Shown here piece after piece: positions 48,908 to 60,095 of a DNA stretch of 64,000 nucleotides. The notes beneath the pieces are model-generated. The model did no database searches. It was not told where the DNA came from and saw nothing but the letters and a program-made list of their open reading frames with translations. How positions within the stretch are numbered: position 1 is the first letter of the stretch; every line of letters starts with the position of its first letter. The stretch comes from a virus: the IMG/VR virus record IMGVR_UViG_3300040801_003693, positions 71,939-135,938 of that record. One strand, written 5' to 3'. A program made the position numbers and the translations under genes.

Positions 48908-50047
48908 ATGGAAATTCATATATTAGGTGCTGGACCTAGAGGATTAAGTGTAGCAATACTTGCATTATCAAAAGGACTTTCTGTAACTTTAATAGATAAA
49001 GATCCTCTATCTTCTTGGCACCAAGATAATTTAATATCTGATATAGAAATGCGCTCCCCGGCAAGTTTTGATCTTGTAAGTTTTCTTCCGAAATACTCCC
49101 AGTTTAGTTTGACTAATTATTTAGGATATGATCTACAGTTCTCTTCTCAAAAAGAAGTAGAAGAATGTAATATTAAAGTTAAGCGCTCCCAATTTTATGG
49201 TTATATAGAATTTATTTTTAATAAATTATTGGAACATCCTTCATTTACTTTTGTATCAGAAGAAGTTAAAGGTATTAGTCAAGAGCATATTTTTACTTCT
49301 AAAGATATTATTGGTTATCAGCATTTAGTTTTAGCTTTAGGAAATAAATTTAATGATATAAAAATTCCTTTATGGATTAAAAATAGGGATTTAAAGTTTA
49401 AATTAAAATCTGCTTCTGAAGTATTGAATTCTTCTTCAGAAGTTCGGGATGTTTTAGTTGTCGGTTCGGGTCAGGGAGCAGCAGAAGTAGCAGCTTATTT
49501 ACAAAGTCATGATTATAACGTTGATTGGGTAGTAAATAAATACCCTTTAATTAATAAATATCCATTACCCACTTATAAAGAGTGGGGAATGAGAAGTGGT
49601 TTGTCAAACTATTATAAAAAATATTTAAGTAATTGGAATTTAAAAGCAAACTATTTAAAAAAGATAAAAGGCTGGCAGCCTTCAATTACTCCTAAAATAA
49701 AAGAGGAGTTGGATATTTATAAACCAAATAGGATTTTAGTAAAGAGTTTTTCCGATTTAGATAAATTAAAATCTAACTATGACGCAGTAATTTGTTTGAG
49801 TGGATTTTATTTGAACAAAGAGAAGCTATCTAATTTTGGGAAGGTTAGTACAGAGATTGATTTGCATCCTTACTTTAATAATTTTGTTAACATCTCATCT
49901 AATTTTAAATTAAAAGGTAAAAGATTAAAGGGAGTATATACCACTGGAATATTAGCAACTGGTTACGATGGTCCCAGACAAAACTCTTTAATCAGTGCCG
50001 GAATTACTGCTGATATAATTATTGAAGATGTGATAAATAATATATAA
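48908..50047 (+). CDS. FAD/NAD(P)H-dependent oxidoreductase, lysine/ornithine N-hydroxylase-like
   Basis: ILGAGPRGL, SSWH...MRS, LVLALG, VVGSGQGAAE, CLSGF. Confidence 0.75.
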   Translation: MEIHILGAGPRGLSVAILALSKGLSVTLIDKDPLSSWHQDNLISDIEMRSPASFDLVSFLPKYSQFSLTNYLGYDLQFSSQKEVEECNIKVKRSQFYGYIEFIFNKLLEHPSFTFVSEEVKGISQEHIFTSKDIIGYQHLVLALGNKFNDIKIPLWIKNRDLKFKLKSASEVLNSSSEVRDVLVVGSGQGAAEVAAYLQSHDYNVDWVVNKYPLINKYPLPTYKEWGMRSGLSNYYKKYLSNWNLKANYLKKIKGWQPSITPKIKEELDIYKPNRILVKSFSDLDKLKSNYDAVICLSGFYLNKEKLSNFGKVSTEIDLHPYFNNFVNISSNFKLKGKRLKGVYTTGILATGYDGPRQNSLISAGITADIIIEDVINNI

Positions 50048-50053
50048 TAAACT

Positions 50054-50614
50054 ATGACAGATGTTATTAAATATCAAGTTCCAATAGTGGGAAAAGTAGA
50101 TAGGCTATTAAATTTAATTAACAATAATATATTCTATTTTGTATTAGGAAAATCTACTCAATGGGAAGATGATTCAGAACCACCATCACCCTCTGAAGAA
50201 ATTGAATTAGTAGCAGAGCCAATTATTATAAAACAGGCTAAGTTTGTAAATCCTGCGGTACTTTCTGATTGTGGAGATATAGATTTTAGAGATTGTGGAT
50301 TTACTAATCTTGATGGTCAGAAGTTAACTTTAGTAGATTTGGAAAATACTTCTATTTCTAATCTTAAAAAATTAAATCCTCAGTATTTATATGTTAGCGT
50401 TGAAATAACTCCTGCCGATTTACCAGTAGACAGTTGGAGAATTGTAGGTTTGTTTAATGATGTTATTTTTAAAAGCGATGTAAACCCTAATAAAGTATTT
50501 TTTCTTCCGGAAGAAGTACAAGAATATGGCTCTCTTTATTGGGCATCTTATTCTACTCCTCTGTTTAAGCAAGTAAACAAAATAACAGTACTAGAAGTAC
50601 TTTTAAATATATAG
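50054..50614 (+). CDS. Baseplate wedge protein (T4 gp8-like)
   Basis: YFVLGKSTQWEDD..PP.P, YLYVSVEI, WRIVGL. Confidence 0.65.
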   Translation: MTDVIKYQVPIVGKVDRLLNLINNNIFYFVLGKSTQWEDDSEPPSPSEEIELVAEPIIIKQAKFVNPAVLSDCGDIDFRDCGFTNLDGQKLTLVDLENTSISNLKKLNPQYLYVSVEITPADLPVDSWRIVGLFNDVIFKSDVNPNKVFFLPEEVQEYGSLYWASYSTPLFKQVNKITVLEVLLNI

Positions 50615-50624
50615 GTTAACGTTT

Positions 50625-53600
50625 ATGGCAATTGATGATTTTTACAAACAGGACCCTCTTTTTCCAGACAGATATAATAAAGATTCTCGATGGCAGAAAA
50701 TATTATTTAGAAGCGGCGCTCCTTTACAATCTGCGGAACTAATAGAAATTCAGAGTATGCTTCAAGATAAATTGAAGCAAGGTTTAGATTTACTTTATTA
50801 TGATGGAGGAATAGTTGAAGGGTTAAGGTTAAATATTATCTCAAAAAATGTAGATAGTATAGAATGTTCTGTATCATCAGGTCGAATTTACGTTGAGGGT
50901 AGAATAATATCTGTTGACTCAAGTACTGTTGTTGTTCCAATTGTGGGTGAATTTGATATTGGAATTAATTTAAATCCTAATATAGTTACAGAATATGAAG
51001 ATCCCAATTTAAGAGATCCAATAAAGGGCGGTTCTAGATATGGTTTAGAAGGAGCTTATAGATTAACTATATCACCTACAATTGAAATTAATAATAACAA
51101 TGCTTATTGTATAGGTAAAGTAAAAGATGGTAATCTAATAACTCTTAATAACTCTACCTTTAAAAAGATTGATGAATTATTAGCTCAAACTACATATGAA
51201 CAATCGGGAAACTTTTGTGTAGATGGGCTTACTGTTTCCTCCCTCCCCGTGGAGGAAAGAATTGTTTTAGATAGAGCCAAGTATGACAACTTATTAGAGG
51301 CTCAAAGTAATGCCGAAGAACAATATAATACGGTTATTAATAGTGTTGCGGAGTCGCAATCTAGATTAGATAATTTAACTAATTTACTTTCTGAGGCTAT
51401 AGAGAAAGCAAGACTTACTCCAACAAATGCTAATTTAATAGCTGTTAGCGAATTAGAATCTTTAATATTGAAAGAACAATCTTTTAATCAGAATCAATTA
51501 AGTGTATTAGCAAGTAAGCAGAGAAATTTAACTGAGGAGAATGAAAATTTAAATTCTTCTAAAAGTTTATTAGCGGACAAAGCTATTCTAAATGTAGAGC
51601 CAGGAATAGCATACGTATTGGGATATAGAATTGTTAAGAGCAGCCCCAGTAAAATAGTTATTCCAATTGAAAGGGCGACTTCGATAGTTCGTAGCGCTCA
51701 GTTTAGTTATTCAGGAAGAGTTGCAGCTACTCTACGAACTTTTACAATTAATGGGTTGTATAGTAGCTTAATTCCAGACAATATAATTATTGGAATTAAA
51801 TTTGATAATCTACTTTACAATGAAGCAAGAATCTCCGCTACTTTAAATATTGAGATAAGTAAACTTAATACAAATACACTCACAGAATTATTAAATTTAA
51901 TAGTAGCAGAATTGAATAAAAAATCTCCTAACGTTTCTGCTGTAGGGATTAATTTTATTTCTAAGGAACAGATAGACGTACAAGAGATAAGAAGAATTAT
52001 AAAAAATAATATTAACGTATCTCTAAATACAAATGATTCATTATTATTTGAGTCAGTGTCTTTAAATGAATCTGCAAATCAGTTAAAAGTTAGTTTAGAT
52101 ATTTTTAAAAGAGATAGTAATAATAATATAATTGAACGTTCTCAATTATTAGAAGTGGATTTAATCGAAGCATACTTGTCAGGTGCTGGAACTTATAACG
52201 ATTATAGATTAGGATTTAGACCAGTAGCAGACGTACTAAGAATAGTAGCTGAAGTAGAAGCTAATTCAGTCCCTGTTGTTAGAGGAGTAGTTCCTGGAAC
52301 TAGTGATAATTTAGGTGATGACTCTATTATAAAAATAAAGACGGTATCTCAAGGAGAGACTTTATATGTTGAAGATGTTGATTATAAATTAATTAATCAA
52401 TCTCAAATCGACTGGTCCGTAACTTCAGTTGGAGAAGAAGGACGGGAACCTGCTCCGGGTACAACTTACTATGTATCTTTTATTTATACTCAGCCTTTAG
52501 CCAAAGACATTGATTATAAATTAAATACAAATACTGATTCTATTGAATTTATTGGAAATACTCCAGGCACTAATTTAAATTTTACAGTTGATTATAGCTA
52601 TTACTTAGGAGTTGGAGGAGTTCTTTATTTAGATTATAAAGGAGATATTCTTTATAGTCTTGGCAATCCTGCTGTTAATCCTGTTTCTCCATCGGTGGAA
52701 GAAGATGTTTTAGTTTTGGCTACATTCAAATTGTTTTTAGACCGGGTTGAGATTGTTAATAAAGAATGTAAAGTTATTAAATTTAAAGAAATTAATCAGA
52801 TTGTAAATCAAGTTAATACCAATGTAAATCTTTTAGGAGAATTAGAGTTAGACAATAAAGCTACTTCTATTGCCTATCAAGAGATTCAAGATTTACCTTT
52901 AGGGCTATTCACAGATTCTTTAAAAAGCTTAAAAAAAATAGATATTGAGAATAGTACTGCAACTATTAGTGTTGCTTCCCAAGGTATAACTGCGGGTTAT
53001 TTACATAAAGACGTTGGATTAAAATATGTAGAGGGAGGAGTTATTAATAATAATTTATATATTACTTTACCTTTTTCTTCTACTAGTTTTAAATCAAACG
53101 AACGTGCTACTAAAACTAGAAGGGTTAAAGCGTCTCCTAATTATATTAAAGCAGGAAGGATGAATCTTTCTTGTAATCAAATGTTTCTCAATAAAAACAT
53201 TAAAGTTTTAAATCCTTGTGATTACTTAGCTAACATTACTTCACTGCTTGCAAGAATTAGTAATAATAAAACTAAATTGTTATCTGAAGTATCTCAAAAC
53301 AATCAATCCTTATTTTCTTCTATTGCTGATAAAATTGTAAGTTCGATTAGAAATGGTGTACCTGCCAATTTTACAAACGATAACAATAGTAATACTTTTC
53401 TTAACTTTATCTCTTCTCAACCAAGAGCAAGCAATATTGAAATTGAAGTAAGAGTCTCTGGACTCAAGCCTAAAAGTGACGGGTATGAACTGTTTTTCTC
53501 AGGTCAAAAGATTCCAGATTTTACTTTACTTGAAAATACTCAGTTAAGTTTAACTACTTTTGGGACTCTTAAAGCTTCTGATAGGGGAGAGATTGCAGTC

Positions 53601-54920
53601 AAGTTTGATCTTTTAAGTAAAAATTTAAAGGGAGATATTAGAGTTGGTACTCATCTTATTGAACTAAAAAGCTCTGTGTCTCAAGGATATGCGGCAAGTA
53701 ACTTTTATGTTAATAATAATTTAGCTACTCAAATAGTTATCTCTGCACTTCGTAATTGGAATATAGAATATTCGAGTAACGTTACTGAGAAATTTAATAT
53801 TCCTTTTCATGTAGAAAACGAAGCTTTCTCTCAATCTGAATATCAAAATTATTACGATTCTATCAATCAAGTCTTTACGGTTCTTGACTATACCTATTTA
53901 ACCTCTATTGATTTAAAATTAAAGTCAATGGATATTAATTATCCTTTAGTAGTTAAAGTTAGAACAGCTTCTTTATTCTCCCCAGAGTTTGACATATATA
54001 GTTTAGGATATACAAACAACTATAATCCTAGTAATTCGGGTTTAATCAGAACTCGCTTTAATTTATTAAATCCAATTCTACTCTCTCCGGGGAAGAAATA
54101 CTGTATATCTTTAGAATCATTAGGAGAAGGTTTTGAAATATTTACTTCTGAATTAGGAGAAGAAGATTTATTTACTGGAGGTAAAGTAGGTTCTCAAATA
54201 TTTAATAGCGATACTCTTTATTTAAGTGAGGATGGGAAGAGTTTGAATGCTAGCGATAAGGAAGATATTAATTATCAATTGAACAAAGCTATTTTCCCTA
54301 TTGATACTTCTGAAGAAATAAATTTAGGAACCTACGGAGTTAGTGATGGGTTTTCTTTCATTACTTCTTTTTGTCTTAATTTGCGAGATATTATTATTCC
54401 TTCAACCTCTATTATTTATAAATACAAAATAGATGATAATGAATGGGTTGACTTCTCTCCTAACCAAGTATATTGTTTGTCTTCAGAAGGTCAAAGGTTA
54501 TATATTAAAGCAATTCTTAGTTCAAGCAATGTTAATTTAAGCCCCGCTATTATTTCTAAAGGAGCTTCTATATCTCTTTATCAAAATAATAAGAGTAGTT
54601 ATATTACATCAAAAATAGTAGATTATAAAGAAGAGTATAACAATATTACAATTAATTTTGAATATGTTGAGAACAATAATAATATTAAAGTTTATTATAA
54701 CAACGGTCAAAATGATTTATGGTATGCCTTAACAAAAGATGCAGCGAGTATAAAAGCAATAGATGAAGGAAACAAAATATTCAGTAGTAGTTGGAAAGGA
54801 GTTGTAAATCAGAATAATTTAAATCCTTCTACTCAATTCAGATATAAAATAGAATTTACAAATCAGGATTCTGCGGTGAGTAGCACTACGTTGCGTAATA
54901 TTATCAGTTATGTATATTAA
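50625..54920 (+). CDS. DUF4815-like large virion protein
   Basis: DRY...WQKILFR.G.PLQSAELIEIQ, LRDP..G, YEQSGNF.V.G, VEPG.AYV.GY. Confidence 0.75.
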   Translation: MAIDDFYKQDPLFPDRYNKDSRWQKILFRSGAPLQSAELIEIQSMLQDKLKQGLDLLYYDGGIVEGLRLNIISKNVDSIECSVSSGRIYVEGRIISVDSSTVVVPIVGEFDIGINLNPNIVTEYEDPNLRDPIKGGSRYGLEGAYRLTISPTIEINNNNAYCIGKVKDGNLITLNNSTFKKIDELLAQTTYEQSGNFCVDGLTVSSLPVEERIVLDRAKYDNLLEAQSNAEEQYNTVINSVAESQSRLDNLTNLLSEAIEKARLTPTNANLIAVSELESLILKEQSFNQNQLSVLASKQRNLTEENENLNSSKSLLADKAILNVEPGIAYVLGYRIVKSSPSKIVIPIERATSIVRSAQFSYSGRVAATLRTFTINGLYSSLIPDNIIIGIKFDNLLYNEARISATLNIEISKLNTNTLTELLNLIVAELNKKSPNVSAVGINFISKEQIDVQEIRRIIKNNINVSLNTNDSLLFESVSLNESANQLKVSLDIFKRDSNNNIIERSQLLEVDLIEAYLSGAGTYNDYRLGFRPVADVLRIVAEVEANSVPVVRGVVPGTSDNLGDDSIIKIKTVSQGETLYVEDVDYKLINQSQIDWSVTSVGEEGREPAPGTTYYVSFIYTQPLAKDIDYKLNTNTDSIEFIGNTPGTNLNFTVDYSYYLGVGGVLYLDYKGDILYSLGNPAVNPVSPSVEEDVLVLATFKLFLDRVEIVNKECKVIKFKEINQIVNQVNTNVNLLGELELDNKATSIAYQEIQDLPLGLFTDSLKSLKKIDIENSTATISVASQGITAGYLHKDVGLKYVEGGVINNNLYITLPFSSTSFKSNERATKTRRVKASPNYIKAGRMNLSCNQMFLNKNIKVLNPCDYLANITSLLARISNNKTKLLSEVSQNNQSLFSSIADKIVSSIRNGVPANFTNDNNSNTFLNFISSQPRASNIEIEVRVSGLKPKSDGYELFFSGQKIPDFTLLENTQLSLTTFGTLKASDRGEIAVKFDLLSKNLKGDIRVGTHLIELKSSVSQGYAASNFYVNNNLATQIVISALRNWNIEYSSNVTEKFNIPFHVENEAFSQSEYQNYYDSINQVFTVLDYTYLTSIDLKLKSMDINYPLVVKVRTASLFSPEFDIYSLGYTNNYNPSNSGLIRTRFNLLNPILLSPGKKYCISLESLGEGFEIFTSELGEEDLFTGGKVGSQIFNSDTLYLSEDGKSLNASDKEDINYQLNKAIFPIDTSEEINLGTYGVSDGFSFITSFCLNLRDIIIPSTSIIYKYKIDDNEWVDFSPNQVYCLSSEGQRLYIKAILSSSNVNLSPAIISKGASISLYQNNKSSYITSKIVDYKEEYNNITINFEYVENNNNIKVYYNNGQNDLWYALTKDAASIKAIDEGNKIFSSSWKGVVNQNNLNPSTQFRYKIEFTNQDSAVSSTTLRNIISYVY

Positions 54921-54938
54921 AATTAAGGATAAATATAG

Positions 54939-57737
54939 ATGAGATTTGATAAGAAAGAGCCTTGGGATAAGCTATTGTTTATTCCCGACCGCAGACTTCA
55001 ATCCGCTGAGTTAGAAGAGATTCAAGATGTAGTCAGTCATGTTTATGAAAACAGTTTTAACTATCTTTATTATTATTATTATGTAACTAAATTATTTAGT
55101 GTTACGATTTTAGAGGCAGACAGCAATAAGATAAAAATTAAACTTAGTTCTGGACAGGTTTATATTAATGATAAAGATTTTGGCTCTACTTTTGTTGACG
55201 TTGAGGAGCAAACATTTCTTTTGCAACCTGACATTGCTTCTCAAATTGGAATCAAATTTAGCAGTGAAATTTATAGAAGTAATTCTTTGCGAGATCCGTT
55301 GACTGGAGGTATATATTTTGGGGATATAGGAGCAGACAGATTAGTTGTTAATTACCAAATTACAATTAATGAAGATAGTTATCCTATTGTTTGTGTTATT
55401 CCTCAAGGAGAGGCGAGACTACCAGAAATAAATTATTATAATAATCAAAAGTTTTATAAAGATAGTGACTACTATTATTCTAATTTTCCTCAAGAAATAT
55501 TAGACTATATTTACTTACGAAGATTTGAGGAGAAAGGTAATTACATATCTTCCGGATTAAACATATATCAGCTTACGGCAGATTCCATAGGTATTTCTGC
55601 TGGAAAATGTTATTTAAATGGTAAACCAAAAGAGGTCAAAAATGTTTATGTTTCTAAAATAAATATTTATCAAGAAGGTATATATAATTTTTATATAGAT
55701 AGTAATGCTAAAATAGTTCAGGATGAAAATACATTTATAAAACAGAGTAATGAACTGTTTTTATTAGGTACGGTAATTGTGACAACAGAAAGAAAAATAG
55801 AAATTAATCCTTCTTCTTCACGAGCTATTTCTCAATTAAGCTTGCTAAGTGCTTATGAAAAGTCCTTTTTAAATACAAATAAGTTAAGTGAACTTTATTT
55901 AATTAAGAATACTATCAATGCTAAATTGGGACTGCAAAGTATAGTTGATAAAATTATTGTGGATAATTTTGATAATTTAGAAGGAAGCAATATTTATCAT
56001 ACTTTGTTTAATGCTTCTCTAGATTTAGAACAGAAAAGGCTTTATCCCGGACAAATTAAAACTTCTGTTCAGTTAAATAAATCTGGGGTTAAGGTTAACC
56101 AAAATGTAGAAATAAATAGCATTAATAATTTTGATGATAATGCTGCAACAATAAAAACTATTGCTCCTTTAAGCAGTACGACCTCTCATATATTTCAACA
56201 AGAAGTAACTGACGTATTAAAAGTAACAGATACAAGAAGCAGTATATTCGTTACAGTTTCTCCTAGTATAAGCCTTCCTAATTTTAAGTCAAAAACTAGT
56301 ACTGTTATTACGAATGTCAAAGACTTAAAAGGAGTTGTGAGTTTAGAAACTGCTACTATCCAAATAGATGCTAGCGGATTTAATGTAGCTGAAGATAATA
56401 TCAAGATTATATTTGGGAATACTCGTATAACAACTGTTTCTCCTAGGGGAGATACACAATTAGGAACATTAGACAATACCCTACGAGCAAACAGTGCTGG
56501 AGTTGTTTCTGCTTTAATTACAGTTCCAAGTAATCTTCCTTTACAGAACTATGTAGTAGAAGTAAGTAGCGACCGTGTATCTGGTAATGGACTTTATACC
56601 TATATTGAAAATGTTAATATAGAGCAAAGAAGAGTACTTAGTAATATAAATGGTTCAGTAGCTCAATCCTTTTGTGTAGAAAAACATATTACAGTAAAAG
56701 GATTAAACTTATTTTTCAGAAAGGTACCAGCCCTTTTTGATTCTTCATTAGTTTTGGGTAAGGTATATTTAGTTCAAATGAAAGGAGCAACACCAGAACG
56801 CTGCGTGCTTTCATGCGGAGATATCAACTATAGCAACATTTTTGTTAGTGAGAATGGAAAAGATAGTAGTGAGATATTATTTGATTATCCTTTAACTTTG
56901 ATCCCTTCTCAATATGCGATTGTTATAGATTTGTATCAATCGTCTGTAGAAATGTTTTATGCCACTTCAGGAAATGCTAGTTTAAATACTCCCTCCTTAT
57001 CTGCAAATAAATTACTCACCAAAGGAGATTTATTAATCTACGAGAACGATAGTTACAAACCAATTTCAGGTAGCGATTTAACCTTTGAATTAATTAGTTC
57101 TACACCTAATAGTTATAGGTCTAGTATTGAATTTGTTGTACCTTCTCAAGAAAATAAGATTAAGAAAGCTCAAAAGTATATATCAGAGATTATTCCTACT
57201 GGCACTGGCATCAAATACTTTTATAAAGATAATAACAACTGGATTGAATGGGATGAAGAAATAGAGTTAAATTATTCTCAAGAAGAATTAGAGATGAAAA
57301 TAGAATTTATCTCAGCTAGAGATAAAACTCCAATAATAAAAAACAACAATTCATTTATTATTCTAAAAAGCTATCGCACTCGTTCTAGCTGGATATCTGT
57401 TAACCGAAAGTTTGAAGAATTTTATAGTAATATAGAAGTAGAATTTAATTCTTATCTACCTCCCTCGACTGAAATATATGTTTTATTTAGCAGCAACTTG
57501 GGAGAAGAATGGAACGCCATATCTTTAACCAACACTGAATTAATAGATAACAATATACCTTTATATAAAAACACTTATGAAATATTAAATTTAAATAGGA
57601 TAGTCAGCTTTACTGATTTGAATGGGAATAAATTTGAAAAGGAAAGAAGAGATTTAACATTAAGAATAGACTTTGAGCTTAATAATGAAATTACTTCTAT
57701 TCCTTATATAAGTAAACTTATAACTAACGTGTATTAA
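54939..57737 (+). CDS. DUF4815-like large virion protein, paralog
   Basis: WDKLLF.PDR.LQSAELEEIQ, LRDPLTG, GADR, FEEKGNY, AQSF. Confidence 0.75.
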   Translation: MRFDKKEPWDKLLFIPDRRLQSAELEEIQDVVSHVYENSFNYLYYYYYVTKLFSVTILEADSNKIKIKLSSGQVYINDKDFGSTFVDVEEQTFLLQPDIASQIGIKFSSEIYRSNSLRDPLTGGIYFGDIGADRLVVNYQITINEDSYPIVCVIPQGEARLPEINYYNNQKFYKDSDYYYSNFPQEILDYIYLRRFEEKGNYISSGLNIYQLTADSIGISAGKCYLNGKPKEVKNVYVSKINIYQEGIYNFYIDSNAKIVQDENTFIKQSNELFLLGTVIVTTERKIEINPSSSRAISQLSLLSAYEKSFLNTNKLSELYLIKNTINAKLGLQSIVDKIIVDNFDNLEGSNIYHTLFNASLDLEQKRLYPGQIKTSVQLNKSGVKVNQNVEINSINNFDDNAATIKTIAPLSSTTSHIFQQEVTDVLKVTDTRSSIFVTVSPSISLPNFKSKTSTVITNVKDLKGVVSLETATIQIDASGFNVAEDNIKIIFGNTRITTVSPRGDTQLGTLDNTLRANSAGVVSALITVPSNLPLQNYVVEVSSDRVSGNGLYTYIENVNIEQRRVLSNINGSVAQSFCVEKHITVKGLNLFFRKVPALFDSSLVLGKVYLVQMKGATPERCVLSCGDINYSNIFVSENGKDSSEILFDYPLTLIPSQYAIVIDLYQSSVEMFYATSGNASLNTPSLSANKLLTKGDLLIYENDSYKPISGSDLTFELISSTPNSYRSSIEFVVPSQENKIKKAQKYISEIIPTGTGIKYFYKDNNNWIEWDEEIELNYSQEELEMKIEFISARDKTPIIKNNNSFIILKSYRTRSSWISVNRKFEEFYSNIEVEFNSYLPPSTEIYVLFSSNLGEEWNAISLTNTELIDNNIPLYKNTYEILNLNRIVSFTDLNGNKFEKERRDLTLRIDFELNNEITSIPYISKLITNVY

Positions 57738-57739
57738 CT

Positions 57740-57934
57740 ATGGATAACTCTTATCTCCCCCACGGAGGGGAATATACCGCAGAAGGAGCAGTAAGATTTA
57801 AACAAGATAAATTTAAACAGGTTCTTGTTAAGTTACAAGAATTGGAAACAAAGATGAGTAAGCTATCATCTGTACTGGATAAATTAGTTGAAGCTTCTAA
57901 CTCTCAATTGTTAGGATCTGATGATAAGCCTTAA
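57740..57934 (+). CDS. Small coiled-coil protein
   Basis: Last ORF of the structural operon. Confidence 0.5.
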   Translation: MDNSYLPHGGEYTAEGAVRFKQDKFKQVLVKLQELETKMSKLSSVLDKLVEASNSQLLGSDDKP

Positions 57935-59266
57935 AACCTCTTCTGGGATTATTTCTATTATCTTTTGTTTTTTTGTTCTTTTAATATTTAGCTTTCCTTC
58001 AACTTCAATTCTAACTCCAACACAAAATGTTTCTAAAGTGCTGACATAATCTTCAATGCTCTGCTTAGAATTGTATTCCATAAATTTGTCGCTTAGAATT
58101 GCTTTATCAATTAACGAACAAGGAATTATCATCCGGGGAGCAGAAGTTTTATGAAGCCAGTTTTCAAACTCAATAACTACCTTTGTTCGGTAGTAGGTTT
58201 TAACTTGCTTAACTACGCCGGTATATTTCACTATGTTATTTGGTATTTGTGCAAGTTCCGCTACCTTAGAATAATCTTTATAAGTGTAAATACTTTTGTA
58301 TTCCCAGACATCTATGCCAGTAGCTATTGCTTTATTACACCAAGCGCAATTAAAACCTTTATACCAATAATGATTGAGAGAAGAGCATTGCTCTAAACTT
58401 TTAATTGTTTTACTTAGGATTTTTCTCCACTGTCTTGCATTGGGTCTTTTGTCTATTGTGTTAAAGGCTAATTTAAATGCGGTTTGTAAATCCGCATCTA
58501 TTAGATTGAAGTTAAGAATTCGTGAAGGAATAAATTCAGGATGCATACCCATCCATGTTCCTTTTTTAATTAATACAGTCGGAGGAGAACCGCTATTATT
58601 TTTAAAATCTTGGTAAGGGTGTTCGCCAAATAATAGATAGAAAACTACTACAGCTAATTTAAATCTATCATGTTGATAGGTATAAATTAGATTCTTATTA
58701 GAAGTATCTATCTCCGGGGGAGACATTGAAAGACTATTAGTAGGGCATCTGTATAAAACTCCACCATGTTCAAATTGAACTGAATCAAAATCAATAATAG
58801 TGGGCATAGCTTTAGCATTGATTAAGATATTTTGCATCTTAATATCTCCTAAAATTATACCTTGCAGATGTAAGTATTCAATTAAAGTAGCTACATTTTT
58901 AGCTACTGTAAAATGAAATTTCCAGTGACTTGTAATTCCATTCTTCTTTCTATATGAGTAGTTAAACAGATGTTCAATAGGTCTAGTATTTACAATCAAC
59001 GGCATCGTATAGCCAACTGGAGAGTTGTTACTATCATAAACAATACTTGATGGTTGAGTCCAGCTTATATGCCCTATCTCTTCATTAGGATCTTCTATTC
59101 CTAATTTGATTAGGGCTTCTAACTTTTTAATTTTGTCTTCACTCAATAATGACTTGTATATTTTTGCTGATTGGAAAGCAGATATTTTCCATACATTTCC
59201 TTCTCCCCCCGAACCAATCTTTTTGATTAACTTTATACAATTACCATTAGTATGATATTTAACCAT
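57911..59266 (-). CDS. Ser/Thr kinase of the TerY-P triad
   Basis: GSGGEG, AKIY, GYTMP, GDIKMQNIL, IDFDS, PPE, HPY, C-terminal Cys/His cluster. Confidence 0.9.
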   Translation of the reverse strand: MVKYHTNGNCIKLIKKIGSGGEGNVWKISAFQSAKIYKSLLSEDKIKKLEALIKLGIEDPNEEIGHISWTQPSSIVYDSNNSPVGYTMPLIVNTRPIEHLFNYSYRKKNGITSHWKFHFTVAKNVATLIEYLHLQGIILGDIKMQNILINAKAMPTIIDFDSVQFEHGGVLYRCPTNSLSMSPPEIDTSNKNLIYTYQHDRFKLAVVVFYLLFGEHPYQDFKNNSGSPPTVLIKKGTWMGMHPEFIPSRILNFNLIDADLQTAFKLAFNTIDKRPNARQWRKILSKTIKSLEQCSSLNHYWYKGFNCAWCNKAIATGIDVWEYKSIYTYKDYSKVAELAQIPNNIVKYTGVVKQVKTYYRTKVVIEFENWLHKTSAPRMIIPCSLIDKAILSDKFMEYNSKQSIEDYVSTLETFCVGVRIEVEGKLNIKRTKKQKIIEIIPEEVLRLIIRS

Positions 59267-60035
59267 TGCACTTAAGTAAGATTAAAGATTTATCATCACC
59301 TGTTTTGGTATTTACTTTTTCGTCTTTATCCAACCATTTCTCAAATGAATTGTAAATAATCGGCTCGTCTTCATCCATACTAAAATTTGCCTCAATACTT
59401 TTGAAAAAAGGTTTGAAAATTTGCCCTTTATATAAAGCTAAATTTTCCATTCCATCAGAACTACAGCATAAAAACTTTATTGGCTGTTTGATAATCTTTA
59501 CTTGAAACTTCTCTTGACGCTGAACTGAATTAGTAAAGTATGTGGAGTTTTTATATTCTCCCTTGGCGGGAATGAAATGTAATTGGTATTCTTCTAAAGT
59601 TCTGCTGACGATAAAACCATCTCCTAGTTGAAAAGTAATAGTCCAATTCGGATGTTTGATAAATCCTAGCAAGGTGCAAGAATAATCTTTAATTGAATGC
59701 TTTCTTCTAACAGAAGAGCAGCGGATTTTATAATAACAGCTTTCAAGAAAATCTCTAAAGCATTGTATTATCGAAGTATCTTGGTATTCAAAATACAAGG
59801 AAAGTTTATTCTGAAAGTATTTAGAAAAGTACAATACTCTTAAATATTTTATTGCGTGATTTACTGTATCTCTAGAAGCAAGACGGGCGTATTTAGCAGA
59901 TCCCGCTCCATCTGATATACATCCAAAATAAATATCTTTTCTATAAACTACTTTGCTACTATCTTGGCAGGGAATATCATTCCTAACATGACTTGACCCT
60001 ATTGAACTATAATAAAAAAGTCTATCTTGATTCAT
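59259..60035 (-). CDS. PP2C-family phosphatase of the TerY-P triad
   Basis: GSSH...PCQD, SDGAGSA, CTLL, QLGDG, GEY.N.T.F, SDG, DDKS. Confidence 0.92.
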   Translation of the reverse strand: MNQDRLFYYSSIGSSHVRNDIPCQDSSKVVYRKDIYFGCISDGAGSAKYARLASRDTVNHAIKYLRVLYFSKYFQNKLSLYFEYQDTSIIQCFRDFLESCYYKIRCSSVRRKHSIKDYSCTLLGFIKHPNWTITFQLGDGFIVSRTLEEYQLHFIPAKGEYKNSTYFTNSVQRQEKFQVKIIKQPIKFLCCSSDGMENLALYKGQIFKPFFKSIEANFSMDEDEPIIYNSFEKWLDKDEKVNTKTGDDKSLILLKCNG

Positions 60036-60095
60036 CTGTTTTGTTCAAATAATAAGAGAAATTTTTAAAGGGGAAATAAAATTCCCCCTCCTGCT

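Noticed and set aside
17657-57737. Extracellular contractile injection system or tailocin
   Set aside because: A head protease/scaffold and a major capsid gene are present in the same orientation, so a phage is more parsimonious
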